Shown here piece by piece: positions 27,227 to 36,900 of a DNA stretch of 64,000 nucleotides. Position numbers and translations under genes: made by a program. Position 1 is the first letter of the stretch; every line of letters starts with the position of its first letter. This DNA comes from Pyrodictiaceae archaeon (GTDB lineage Archaea > Thermoproteota > Thermoprotei_A > Sulfolobales > Pyrodictiaceae): assembly GCA_040514295.1 (NCBI GenBank), contig JBEVCE010000039.1, forward strand, positions 29,524 through 93,523, given 5' to 3'. Under the pieces are notes generated by a model. The model was not told the DNA's origin. It ran no database searches and worked only from the letters and a program-made list of their open reading frames with translations.

Positions 27227-28729
27227 GTGGGAGCTAGGCTCGCCTTAGCCGTAATTCTAGCAGTTGTCTTCGTGGCCCCACTAGCTGGCATAGCTATGCC
27301 AGCTAGTGGCCAGAAAACAATAGTGGTAGGTGCTCTCCTACCATTAACTGGTGACCTACAAAGCTACGGGGTTCGAGCCAAGGCGGCTATAGAGGTCGCG
27401 GTGGACGATGTAAACAAGTACCTGGAAGAGAAGAATGCATGGTTCCGCATAAAGCTTGTGACGGAGGATACTGGCACTAAGCCCGATATCGCTGTACAGA
27501 AGTTTAATGCGCTGGTAGCCCAGGGCATAAAGTTCATAGTAGGCCCCATGACGAGCGCGGAGGTCAAGAAGATTAAAGACCTAGCTACACAACACAACAT
27601 ACTCGTAATAAGCCCCTCTAGCACAGCGCTCGAGCTAGCAATACCAGGAGACAATGTCTTTAGATTCTGCCCAGCAGACGATGTGCAGGCGCAGGCTATA
27701 GCAAAGCTAGTAGAGGACATGGGGGTAAAGGCTGTAGTCCTCATAATTAGGGCTGATACCTGGGGTGAGGGCCTAAAGGATGAGATCAGCAAGAGGCTTA
27801 AGAAGATGGGCGTTGAGATAGCGGGGACCATAGAGTATAACCCAGAGTCGCCCAACTTCCCAGCAGTGGCTACAGAGGCCAATAACTTCGTTACAAGTCT
27901 TTTAGGTAAGTATAAGCCCAGCGAGGTAGCAGTCATACTAGTAGCCTTCAACGAGGCTGTAGGATTATTCAAGCAGGCGGCCAAGTATCCCAACCTAGCC
28001 AAGGTGCCATGGTTCGGGAGTGATGGTACAGCAAAGCTAGCCGAGATAGTCAAGGATCCAGTATCAGCACAGTTCGCGGAGAAAGTATTATTCATAAACC
28101 CGATCTATAGTCCAGCAGCTACAGCCAAGCAGAAGGAGGTAGCCGAGAAGGTTAAGGCCAAGATAGGTGAAGAGCCAGACGCATATAGCTACGCGGCGCA
28201 CGACGCTATATGGGCTATAGCACTAGCACTGCTAAAGATAGGGCCGACAAGTGACATGAACACGCTCGTCAATAAGGTCAAGGAGCTACTACCGCAGATA
28301 ACGACTAGCGACGAGTTCGGCAAGGAGGCTGCTACAGGCAAGTTCCCTCTAAACAAGGCTGGAGATAGGGCAACAGCAGACTATGATATGTGGCTAGTCT
28401 ACACTGTAGGCGGTAAGACAGACTGGCTTAAGGTAGGCACATACCTAGGCAACGAGAACAAGTTCAGATGGTATTCCGTCATGGACGGGAAGACCTTCCC
28501 AGAGGTCTACAAGGAGACATTCGGTGGTGCAGCCATCAAGACAACTACGACTCCTACAACCAGCAGCCCCTCCCCGACAGTCGCAACACCAGCGTCACCT
28601 GCGAGCACAAGCCCCTCGCCAACCTCGCCAGCAGCTGCTGGAGGCCAGACAGCCCTAGCAGTAGGCATAGCGATCGTAGTAATAGTGATAATAATTGCAG
28701 CAGTCCTAGCGCTCCGGAGGAGGAGGTAA
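27227..28729 (+). CDS. ABC transporter substrate-binding protein (branched-chain amino acid / Peripla_BP_6 type) with C-terminal S/T/P linker and TM anchor
   Basis: LivJ-like core (VVGALLPLTGDLQSYG..., GPMTSAEV...). C-terminus TTTTPTTSSPSPTVATPASPASTSPSPTSP...LAVGIAIVVIVIIIAAVLALRRRR. Confidence 0.85.
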   Translation: MGARLALAVILAVVFVAPLAGIAMPASGQKTIVVGALLPLTGDLQSYGVRAKAAIEVAVDDVNKYLEEKNAWFRIKLVTEDTGTKPDIAVQKFNALVAQGIKFIVGPMTSAEVKKIKDLATQHNILVISPSSTALELAIPGDNVFRFCPADDVQAQAIAKLVEDMGVKAVVLIIRADTWGEGLKDEISKRLKKMGVEIAGTIEYNPESPNFPAVATEANNFVTSLLGKYKPSEVAVILVAFNEAVGLFKQAAKYPNLAKVPWFGSDGTAKLAEIVKDPVSAQFAEKVLFINPIYSPAATAKQKEVAEKVKAKIGEEPDAYSYAAHDAIWAIALALLKIGPTSDMNTLVNKVKELLPQITTSDEFGKEAATGKFPLNKAGDRATADYDMWLVYTVGGKTDWLKVGTYLGNENKFRWYSVMDGKTFPEVYKETFGGAAIKTTTTPTTSSPSPTVATPASPASTSPSPTSPAAAGGQTALAVGIAIVVIVIIIAAVLALRRRR

Positions 28730-28762
28730 AGGGCAAGGCCCCCCTCAACCCCTAAATCCCGG

Positions 28763-28768
28763 TTTTTT
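28763..28768 (+). terminator. Oligo-T (T6) archaeal terminator candidate after the substrate-binding protein gene
   Basis: GGTTTTTTAT lies 34 nt after the stop at 28729. Confidence 0.4.
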
Positions 28769-28841
28769 ATGACTATGCAATGCCCCTTAGGGCCTTACTT
28801 GTTTTCTCCTTAACCTGCTTTATCCTAGGAGGGACTTATCC

Positions 28842-29816
28842 TTGGTCAAAGCGGCAGTGTTAGAGGAGTTTGGAAAGCCCTTCAAGATAGCTGATGTAGA
28901 CCTAAAGCCCTTGTCTTCCGACTGGGTTGAGGTTGAAGTCAAGGCTGTAGGGATATGTGGGCGTGATGTTGTTGTATGGCGTGGGGGGTTTCGGAGCCTC
29001 AGGCCACCCCTAATACTAGGCCATGAGGTTTTTGGGCTTTATGAGGGTAGGCCTGTCGCAGTATACCCTGCCATAGTCACTGACAAGAATTGTTTAAAGT
29101 ATATGGAGGGGAGGGAGAACCTATGTGAAGGCTACCTTATCCTTGGAGAATCTGTTCCTGGTGGCTACGCTGAGAAAGTCTATGTACCTCAATGGAACCT
29201 CATAGAGCTAAGCGAGGCTAGCTTCGAAAAATACGCTGCAGCAGCCTGCGGCGTAGCAACCTTCATACATGCTGCTAGGAAGGCTGGTATATCAGGAGGC
29301 TCTAAGGTGCTTGTCACAGGTGCTAGTGGGGGTGTAGCGGTGCATGGGATTCAGTTCCTCGTATCCATGGGTGTAGAGGTTTATGCTGCTACACGTAGCG
29401 AGGAGAAGGCGAGACTGCTAGAAAAGCTGGGAGCAACCCCAGTAATCGCCCAAAAAGGGTTTGGAGCAGAGCTTGCTAGGAGCCATGGTAGGGTCGACGC
29501 AGTCTTCGAGGTGGCAGGAGCCCCCACGATAAATGAGTCGCTGAGGGCTTTGAAGCCTGGCGGCACATTAGTCCTCATAGGAAATGTCGAGGGGCAGCCC
29601 ATTGTCCTCGAGAGGCCGGCCCTAACTGTTATGAGGGAGCACCACATAGTAGGCTCGGCAGCCTATACCAAGAGGGAGTATGCTTCAGCGATAAGGATTA
29701 TAGAGAAGGGTCTTATAAAGCCGTTCTATAAGACATACAAGCTTAACGAGGTCAACAAGGCCTACGAGGATATAGTTGCTGGTAGGCTCGTTGGGAGAGC
29801 AATACTAAAGCCTTAA
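28842..29816 (+). CDS. Zinc-type medium-chain alcohol dehydrogenase/reductase family protein
   Basis: GICGRDVVVW, GHEVFG and a Rossmann motif VLVTGASGGVAVHGIQF. TTG start. Sits between the SBP gene and the ATPase genes of the ABC system. Confidence 0.8.
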   Translation: MVKAAVLEEFGKPFKIADVDLKPLSSDWVEVEVKAVGICGRDVVVWRGGFRSLRPPLILGHEVFGLYEGRPVAVYPAIVTDKNCLKYMEGRENLCEGYLILGESVPGGYAEKVYVPQWNLIELSEASFEKYAAAACGVATFIHAARKAGISGGSKVLVTGASGGVAVHGIQFLVSMGVEVYAATRSEEKARLLEKLGATPVIAQKGFGAELARSHGRVDAVFEVAGAPTINESLRALKPGGTLVLIGNVEGQPIVLERPALTVMREHHIVGSAAYTKREYASAIRIIEKGLIKPFYKTYKLNEVNKAYEDIVAGRLVGRAILKP

Positions 29817-29903
29817 GGTAAGCGAAGCCCTTAGAAACCTACTTAAGTAACCTCTACCTCTAGAGCGGCTCTGGTATTAAAAGGAGGATACTGGTGGGCT
29901 TAG

Positions 29904-30704
29904 GTGGCTGGAACTCTAGGGCAAGAGGCTGCAGCTGTCAGTGCGAAGCCTATGCTAGAGACTAGGGATGTAGTCAAGAGGTTCGGTGGTGTTGTAGCCC
30001 TAGATGGCGTCAGCATAAGTGTTCCGGAGAGGGGTTTCATCCTCCTCATAGGCCCTAATGGCAGCGGTAAGACCACCCTAGTCAACGTTATAACGGGCTT
30101 TCTTAAGCCTGATCACGGCAGGGTATTCTATAAGGGTAGAGACATAACGGGACTACCCCCCCATCAGATAGCTAAGATGGGTATAATCAGGACGTTCCAG
30201 ATACCAAAGCCATTCATGAACCTAACTGTGCTCGAGAACCTACTCGTGGCACGCTTCGGCCATCCAGGCGAGAACCCCTATAGCGCGCCTCTATCTAAGA
30301 GGAGTTGGCTACGCTTCGAGCGCGAGAGCGTCTCCAAGGCCTTCACCATCCTAAAGTGGCTTGGACTAGAAAAGTCCTGGGATCATAAGGCGACCGAGCT
30401 TAGTGGTGCAGAGTTAAAGCTCCTAGAGGTTGGCAGGGCCTTGATGAGCGGTGCCAAGATGATGATCATGGACGAGCCTGCTGCAGGTGTCAATCCCACC
30501 CAGGCCCACGAGATCTTCGCGACCCTTACAAGGCTTAGGGAGGAGCAGGGGATAACATTCCTAGTTATAGAGCACCGTATTGATATTGCGGCTAGGTACG
30601 TTGATTACATCTATGCAATGCATCTCGGCAAGGTAATCAGCCAAGGCCCTCCTGACAAGGTGCTTCGAGACCCAGTTGTCATAGAGAGCTATATAGGGGG
30701 GTGA
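29904..30704 (+). CDS. livG: ABC transporter ATP-binding protein, LivG type
   Basis: Walker A GPNGSGKTT, signature LSGAELKLLEVGRAL, Walker B MMIMDEPAAG. Confidence 0.85.
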   Translation: MAGTLGQEAAAVSAKPMLETRDVVKRFGGVVALDGVSISVPERGFILLIGPNGSGKTTLVNVITGFLKPDHGRVFYKGRDITGLPPHQIAKMGIIRTFQIPKPFMNLTVLENLLVARFGHPGENPYSAPLSKRSWLRFERESVSKAFTILKWLGLEKSWDHKATELSGAELKLLEVGRALMSGAKMMIMDEPAAGVNPTQAHEIFATLTRLREEQGITFLVIEHRIDIAARYVDYIYAMHLGKVISQGPPDKVLRDPVVIESYIGG

Positions 30705-30712
30705 GACCCTAG

Positions 30713-31432
30713 ATGCCCGAGGACATAGTCCGAATTGAGGGCGTCGACGCAGGCTACGGGAAGTTCCATGTCCTCTTCGACGTGAATCTTAGGATACCAC
30801 GTGGAGAGATAACAGTCATAGTAGGGCCTAATGGTGCCGGCAAGACCACATTACTCAACACAATATTCGGTCTAACAACGGTGTATAAGGGGAGAATAGT
30901 TTACAAGGGAGAAGATATCACACATGTACCACCACATCGTAGGGCTAAGATGGGGATGGCCTACACACTCCAGTTGTTTAATATCTTCTCGAATCTCACT
31001 GTAAGAGAGAACCTAATGCTAGCATCATATGATCTACCAGCTAATGTCGTCGAGGAAAGGCTCAAGGAGATCTACGAACTCTTCCCGGTGCTCAAAGAGA
31101 GGCAGAACCAGAAGGCAGGGACCCTTAGTGGCGGCGAGAGACAAATGCTGGCCATATCGATCAGCCTAATCCGTAGCCCGGAGCTACTGCTACTAGACGA
31201 GCCCACGGCGGGCCTAGCTCCAAAGCTTGCCAAGGAGGTCTTTCAGGCTATTAGGAGGCTTAGGGAGATGGGCTACACGGTTATACTCGCCGAGCAGAAC
31301 GCCAAGGCAGCTCTCGAGATAGGTGACAAGGGTGTCCTCATAGTTAGCGGAAGAATCATCTTCGAAAGCGATGCCAAGGAGCTATTATCGCGGAAGGATC
31401 TAGCAGAAATGTATCTCGGGCTAAGAGGGTGA
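30713..31432 (+). CDS. livF: ABC transporter ATP-binding protein, LivF type
   Basis: GPNGAGKTT, LSGGERQMLAISISL, LLLLDEPTAGLAP. Confidence 0.85.
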   Translation: MPEDIVRIEGVDAGYGKFHVLFDVNLRIPRGEITVIVGPNGAGKTTLLNTIFGLTTVYKGRIVYKGEDITHVPPHRRAKMGMAYTLQLFNIFSNLTVRENLMLASYDLPANVVEERLKEIYELFPVLKERQNQKAGTLSGGERQMLAISISLIRSPELLLLDEPTAGLAPKLAKEVFQAIRRLREMGYTVILAEQNAKAALEIGDKGVLIVSGRIIFESDAKELLSRKDLAEMYLGLRG

Positions 31433-32517
31433 GGGGCATGGTTTTCATAGACCCCGTGCTCATAATGAACTCTGTGACCTTTGCAAGCATACTATCACTG
31501 CTAAGCCTGGGCATAACGCTATCATACATGACTACTAGGGTGTTCAACTTCGCTCATACAAGATTCGCTACGCTAGCAGCCTATGCTGCAGCAACAGTAA
31601 TGTTTGCTGTAGCGCCACGCCCCCAACTAACACCACAGACCATGGGGGGAGTAGTAATCCTTGTACCTATGCCTTGGTGGTGGTATCTTCTAGGTTTCGT
31701 CGTGGCCACCATAGTTGGTGGTATAATAGCAGTGGTACAGTTCTTCGCGGTACTTAGGCCTCTACAGGCTCGTGGAGCAGACTATCTAACCCTAATGATA
31801 TCGACCCTAGGCTTTGACTTCATACTACTAGCATTCCTATTCATATATAGCACGATGAGCCAGGTCAGAGGCTTAGCTGCTGCAAGTGGGCTCGGCACAA
31901 GCCCTGATAGGCTAACATTCTCCTCGTACGATATAGGCATTAGTGCTGGTGGGATATACTATGCAGGCTCCTTTATAGAAGCCTTGATAATTGCTGTAGC
32001 AATGGTCATATTACTAGGGATCATGCTGACCAAGACAAAGATAGGCATAATGATGAGGGCCTCTATAGAGAATCCGCAGCTAGCGCTAGTACTAGGCATA
32101 GATGTTAACAAGGTATATGCTTTGACATGGTTCCTTGCAGGAGCTACAGCTGGCATAGCAGGCTACCTCATACTCTTCTCCACGGATACTATACTGTCGG
32201 TCTACATAACACCTGTGACGCCATCAGATAACATTATTGTAAGCGTCTTCGCTGGGAGCATAGTGGGCGGGGTAAACAGTATATTTGGGAGCATAGGCGG
32301 TGGCTTCCTCATAGGCCTTGTAGAGCAGCTCCTCGTACCAATACTAGCCACATTAGTCATGTTCCCTGATCTCACCAAGTACGCCAAGGTATTCTCGATG
32401 GGTGCTGTAGCTTTAACCCTACTCTTTCTACCCGAGGGTATAGCATCCCTAGGCCGGACCCGTTGGGCTAGAAGCTTCATGAGGATAATGGGTAGGAGGG
32501 TTGAGGAGGTGGCTTAG
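31429..32517 (+). CDS. livH: ABC transporter permease, LivH type
   Basis: Polytopic, 4-nt overlap with livF, BPD_transp_2-like (SLLSLGITLSYMTTRVFNFAH). Confidence 0.8.
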   Translation: MRGMVFIDPVLIMNSVTFASILSLLSLGITLSYMTTRVFNFAHTRFATLAAYAAATVMFAVAPRPQLTPQTMGGVVILVPMPWWWYLLGFVVATIVGGIIAVVQFFAVLRPLQARGADYLTLMISTLGFDFILLAFLFIYSTMSQVRGLAAASGLGTSPDRLTFSSYDIGISAGGIYYAGSFIEALIIAVAMVILLGIMLTKTKIGIMMRASIENPQLALVLGIDVNKVYALTWFLAGATAGIAGYLILFSTDTILSVYITPVTPSDNIIVSVFAGSIVGGVNSIFGSIGGGFLIGLVEQLLVPILATLVMFPDLTKYAKVFSMGAVALTLLFLPEGIASLGRTRWARSFMRIMGRRVEEVA

Positions 32518-32519
32518 CC

Positions 32520-33668
32520 ATGGTCGACCCAATCCTCCTAGCTGAGCAAATAATCTCCTTCATAGGGCTCTATGTTATAGTAACTATAGGGCTTAACATA
32601 AAGGCTGGAGTCACAGGTATACCTGACTTCGGCCACGCAATGTTCTTTGCCATGGGAGGCATTGTGGTGGGCAACATCGTCGCTCATATAGCCGCAGCCC
32701 TGGCCTCCATGGTGCTACCCGATGTGAATGTAGGCAGGGTGCTAGCAGACAATACTAGGCTCATGGCGGAGCTGAACGAGAAGTACTTTCCAACACATCC
32801 TCTTGAGTCAATACTATTGCTGGTAATAGCCATAGTGCTCTCAGTGCTTCTCGGAGGCCTATTAGGCTGGATAGCATCCTATCCAGGCCTAAGGTTGCGG
32901 GGAGAATACCTAGCCATCCTGCTATTGAGCGTAGCCGAGGCCTTGAGGATCTTCGTAACCTATACTACATGGATAATGGGCAATACCCCTACAGTGGGCC
33001 TCTCAACACCAGACCTCTTCGCGTGGACCGGTAATTCCGGGCTAGCTGTAACAGTATTCACGTTAGTGGTTGCAGTAGGCGTCTACATTTATGCCGAGAG
33101 GCTGCACCACTCTCCTGCGGGCAGGCTCTTTAGGGCCGTAAGGGATGACGAGGATGCTGCCAAGGCTCTCGGCAAGGACGTTTCTTTGGTGAGGAGGGAT
33201 GCAATGATAATCGGTAGTGCCCTAGCAGGGCTAGCAGGAGCAATATACGCTCTCAACCCATGGTATGGCGGCGGGGCTGTAGCAGCCGAGTCTATATTCA
33301 ACCGTGTATGGTGGACTTTCTGGCCATGGGCCCTGATGATACTAGGGGGTATGGCCAGTAACAAGGGTATAGGCCTGGCCACGGTAATAGTAGGCGTGCT
33401 ACTAATATGGCCTATAAGAATATATAAAAATGTTATAGCCTCGGCGCTGAGAGTACAAACAGTAGGGATAGACCCTGGCTTCTTTGCTAGTGCTCTCGAG
33501 TACCTCCTACTAGGAGTCCTAATAATACTAGTACTATTCCTTAGGCCGCAGGGTATAGTACCCGAGTATGTCTCGAGAACGACTGATTTCGAGAGAATAG
33601 CCTTGGACAAGGGTATACCCATAACAAGAACTAAGTCTGAGAAGGGGGCTGGCGAGGAGAAGTCCTAG
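32520..33668 (+). CDS. livM: ABC transporter permease, LivM type
   Basis: Polytopic, with GIPDFGHAMFFAMGG and RAVRDDEDAAKALGKDV motifs typical of LivM. A T5 run at 33700-33704 follows. Confidence 0.8.
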   Translation: MVDPILLAEQIISFIGLYVIVTIGLNIKAGVTGIPDFGHAMFFAMGGIVVGNIVAHIAAALASMVLPDVNVGRVLADNTRLMAELNEKYFPTHPLESILLLVIAIVLSVLLGGLLGWIASYPGLRLRGEYLAILLLSVAEALRIFVTYTTWIMGNTPTVGLSTPDLFAWTGNSGLAVTVFTLVVAVGVYIYAERLHHSPAGRLFRAVRDDEDAAKALGKDVSLVRRDAMIIGSALAGLAGAIYALNPWYGGGAVAAESIFNRVWWTFWPWALMILGGMASNKGIGLATVIVGVLLIWPIRIYKNVIASALRVQTVGIDPGFFASALEYLLLGVLIILVLFLRPQGIVPEYVSRTTDFERIALDKGIPITRTKSEKGAGEEKS

Positions 33669-33992
33669 GACAACACCCCCTAATTCTCATGTTCTAAAGT
33701 TTTTGGCAAGGTTTATCCTCCTAGCCTAAGAACGTTGATATAGTTACCAGCCACTGCAATGCCAAGGCTATCCCAGGAAGACCATGCACGGGCACTTAAT
33801 GTCGGGCTAGCGCTCCATTGCCCTCTATGGGCTTGGCCTTCAACAGGGTAGGTGGAAAAGGGTACTTGTGCTCTACTTACTGCTAGTCCATGGCGGGGCT
33901 AATAGGATGCTCTTGCTTTATTATGATGGGGTTAGCCGTATGGCGGGAGGCGTGGACGAGGATAGGCTCGTGGTACTATGTGATCTAATTTT

Positions 33993-36900
33993 CTATAGCC
34001 TGGGCTCTATCACGCCTACCTCGATAAGCTTTATTATTGATTTCCTCGCCTCCTGGTAGTCCATGCCTAGCCTGGATGATACTATTTTGGCTGCGTCGGA
34101 TAAGCTTAGTTCCCCCTGCTCCTTCTTAGCCTCGGCTATGACAAGGTATGTCTTTATGAGGCGATGGTCTCCACGGCCTCTCGAGGCTAGTTCCTCAAGG
34201 GCCGTGTTCTTGGCCTCCACTATCTTGGTGAGCACTCCCACCAGCTCCTCAACACTATTACTTGATGTTATAGCCCAGCTAGCCTTGGCCATGATCTTCC
34301 TGTACTGATCTCTATGCTCTCCTATTACTCCTATTATGTTCTCTAGGAGGCCTAGCTCACTCCTAATGTTGGTCCTCAGCTCTTCTAATAGCTCCCTTCT
34401 GGCCTCACGATATAGCTCTATGGCTTTTCCTGCTAGGATCTCCACCTCCTCTAGCATTGCAACGGCCTCCGAGGGACTGAGGGCTCTAGCTTTGGCGTCC
34501 TTCAGTAGCTCTAGGGCCCTCCTCTGCATGGTCTGAGCCTGTTCTAATAGGCTGCTAGCCCTAGCAGGAGATATTGTTGGCCTTAGCTTCGCTAGTAGCT
34601 CCTTAAGCTCCTCCTCTTCTACTACCGCTTTTCTAAGCTTAGCCTCAGCTCCTCCTAGCTTTAGCTCTAAGCTTCTAAGCCTCCACTCATACTCCTTAGC
34701 CTCCTCCAGGAGCTCTGAGATCTTCTCGGATATAGTCTTGAGCGTCTTCTCCAAGTCTTTGAGTCCACGGATAGCGGTTATCCTGGCTACTATAGGCTTA
34801 TGTTCTTTAACGGCTATATTGAGCCCTCTACTCCTAAGCTTCTCCACCATCTTAGCTAGCCTCTCTGAGAGCTTACCATACTCGTTTATCCCCTTCTCCA
34901 GCCACCTCATAGCCTGGCCCAGTAGGTTCTCCAGCATCCTTAGATGCTCTAGTAGCTTAGAGGGCGCGTGGGCTACGGGCAGGCCTATTATGCTCGATCC
35001 TGCTAGGAGCTTGTAAAACAAGTATATGGCTAGGTCCCCTCCACTGGCTCTTAGCAGCTTCTCGTCCACGGCTTCGCTAGGCTCCTCGGAGGACTCTAGC
35101 AGTCTCCTCGCCTTAACTGTCAGCTCCCCTAACTCCTCTAGCAGCCTCCTAGGGATCTCAACATGATAGCCTAGCCTCATAGCTTCTCCTATTAGTTTCT
35201 CCAAGCTATTTGTGATCCTCTCTAGCGAGTAGACTATGTCTCCTGCAAGCTTCATTCTCCTCTCGTGAGACTCGATGAAAGCCTCTAGGTCATCCACTAG
35301 GTATAGGGCGGCTGCTGAGAGCCTTGCAGCCTCCTCGGTCACCCCCGCCTCCAAAGCCTTCGCTGCCATGCTAGCTACCTCTAATGCGAGGCTAGCTGCA
35401 TCGGCTACGCTAGCCACAATGGGTATACCCTCTACAAGCGATATTACCTTAGCCTTCACGCCTACTAGTCTCTTAGCCTTCTCCTCTACAGCTCTAATCC
35501 TCCTAGCTATATCCTCCCTAGTCGCTATCCTTACCTCGACTGAGCCATTACGCCTTCTAGCCTCTATGAGCCCCCTAGCTTGAAGCAGCTCGAGCCATGC
35601 TATGAGATCCTCTCCTCTAGGCGCTATAAGCCTTGACTTTAGCTCCTCTAGGCTAATCCATCTACCGCTGCTACCGATGCTTCTAAGTACTCTCAGTATA
35701 CTCTTCTCGGCTTGGGCTAGCGTGTGACTGATCCTATCATCCTCTAAGCTTATAGCGCCCTGGCTTACTAGCATCCTTACAGCATCCGCTACCACCCTCT
35801 CTACACCGATTCTTCCATAAAGGGGTGCTAGGGGGTGTCTCCGAGACCAGGGCCTGGGGGGATGCTTAGAGGCGTAGCCCCTCAGCATCCTCACGGCATC
35901 CCTTATACTGGTACGGCTCGGTACTAGTGCTAGTAGCTTCAAAGCTGCAGTAGTTCCTGGCCTAGGCTGCCTACTGATGACCAAAGGGGTCCCGCCGACT
36001 CCTTCCTCCAAGAGCTTGGCTAGCCTTGAGGGCATTAGCTCGGGTGGCAGGATCCTATCAGCCTCAAGCGCTAGCAGAGTCCATGGTATCTTCAACTTAC
36101 CTCTTCTAAGCTTATCCACCACCTCTTCCAGCTTCATCTCCTTCAGCAGATAATGTCCTAGTACTAGTAGCTTCGTGAGCCTTCTATAGTCGAGGCCTAC
36201 AGCCACTATCCTGGCCATGTACTTCTCTTCGAGCCTAGCTTTACAGTCCTCGAGTCTAGCTGGGCCATGGCCTACCGTTACCACCAGGTGAGGGTATATG
36301 CCCATTACAGTGGAGGATGATAATGCCTCTTCTAGCGCCCTACAAGCTCCGGTAGAGAATAGTACTGCTGGCCTTACCTCCCCGAGCTTAAGCCTAGCCA
36401 GTATACTATCATCCCTAAACACCTTAGCGTCTTCGATGGCCAGGGCCCTGGGGTCCACGACCCCTAGCAGGACCAGGAGCCCTGTCAGGGGTTTTACAGG
36501 CTTGTACTCCCTATACGCCTCCCTTAGCAGCGTCATCCTCTCCTCGGCTGGCAGGAAGCTTAGTTCCGAGAGCCTACGCGTGTTAAACAACAAGTCTATG
36601 GCTACGGGTGTTAAGGCTATGAGCCTAGAGCCCTCAGCTATGAGCCTAGGAGCTCCTTGTTCATCTACTACTACGAGGCCCTGGCTTTCACGGCCTGCTA
36701 TTCTACCCCATTCTCCTAGTACAAGTAGCTTGTTTGCTAGCCTACCCAGTAGTGGAGAGGCCCTAGCTTTAGCCGGGAGCCTCCTCACAGCCTCGATAAC
36801 CACTGGCTTGCCCACACCTATCCTCTCTGCAGCCTCCTCAACATCTACAGCTATCCTGGCAACAAGCATGGCTAGCAATTTCTTAGCCTCGGCACGAGTA

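Noticed and set aside
27364-28095. 243-aa antisense ORF in the first SBP gene
   Set aside because: The sense strand encodes a clear LivJ-like protein, and the antisense product is low-complexity.
33868-34059. 63-aa + strand ORF in the spacer after livM
   Set aside because: It has a GTG start, overlaps the 3' end of the 1271-aa gene, and has no motif. The 324-bp spacer also gave no tRNA or sRNA signature.
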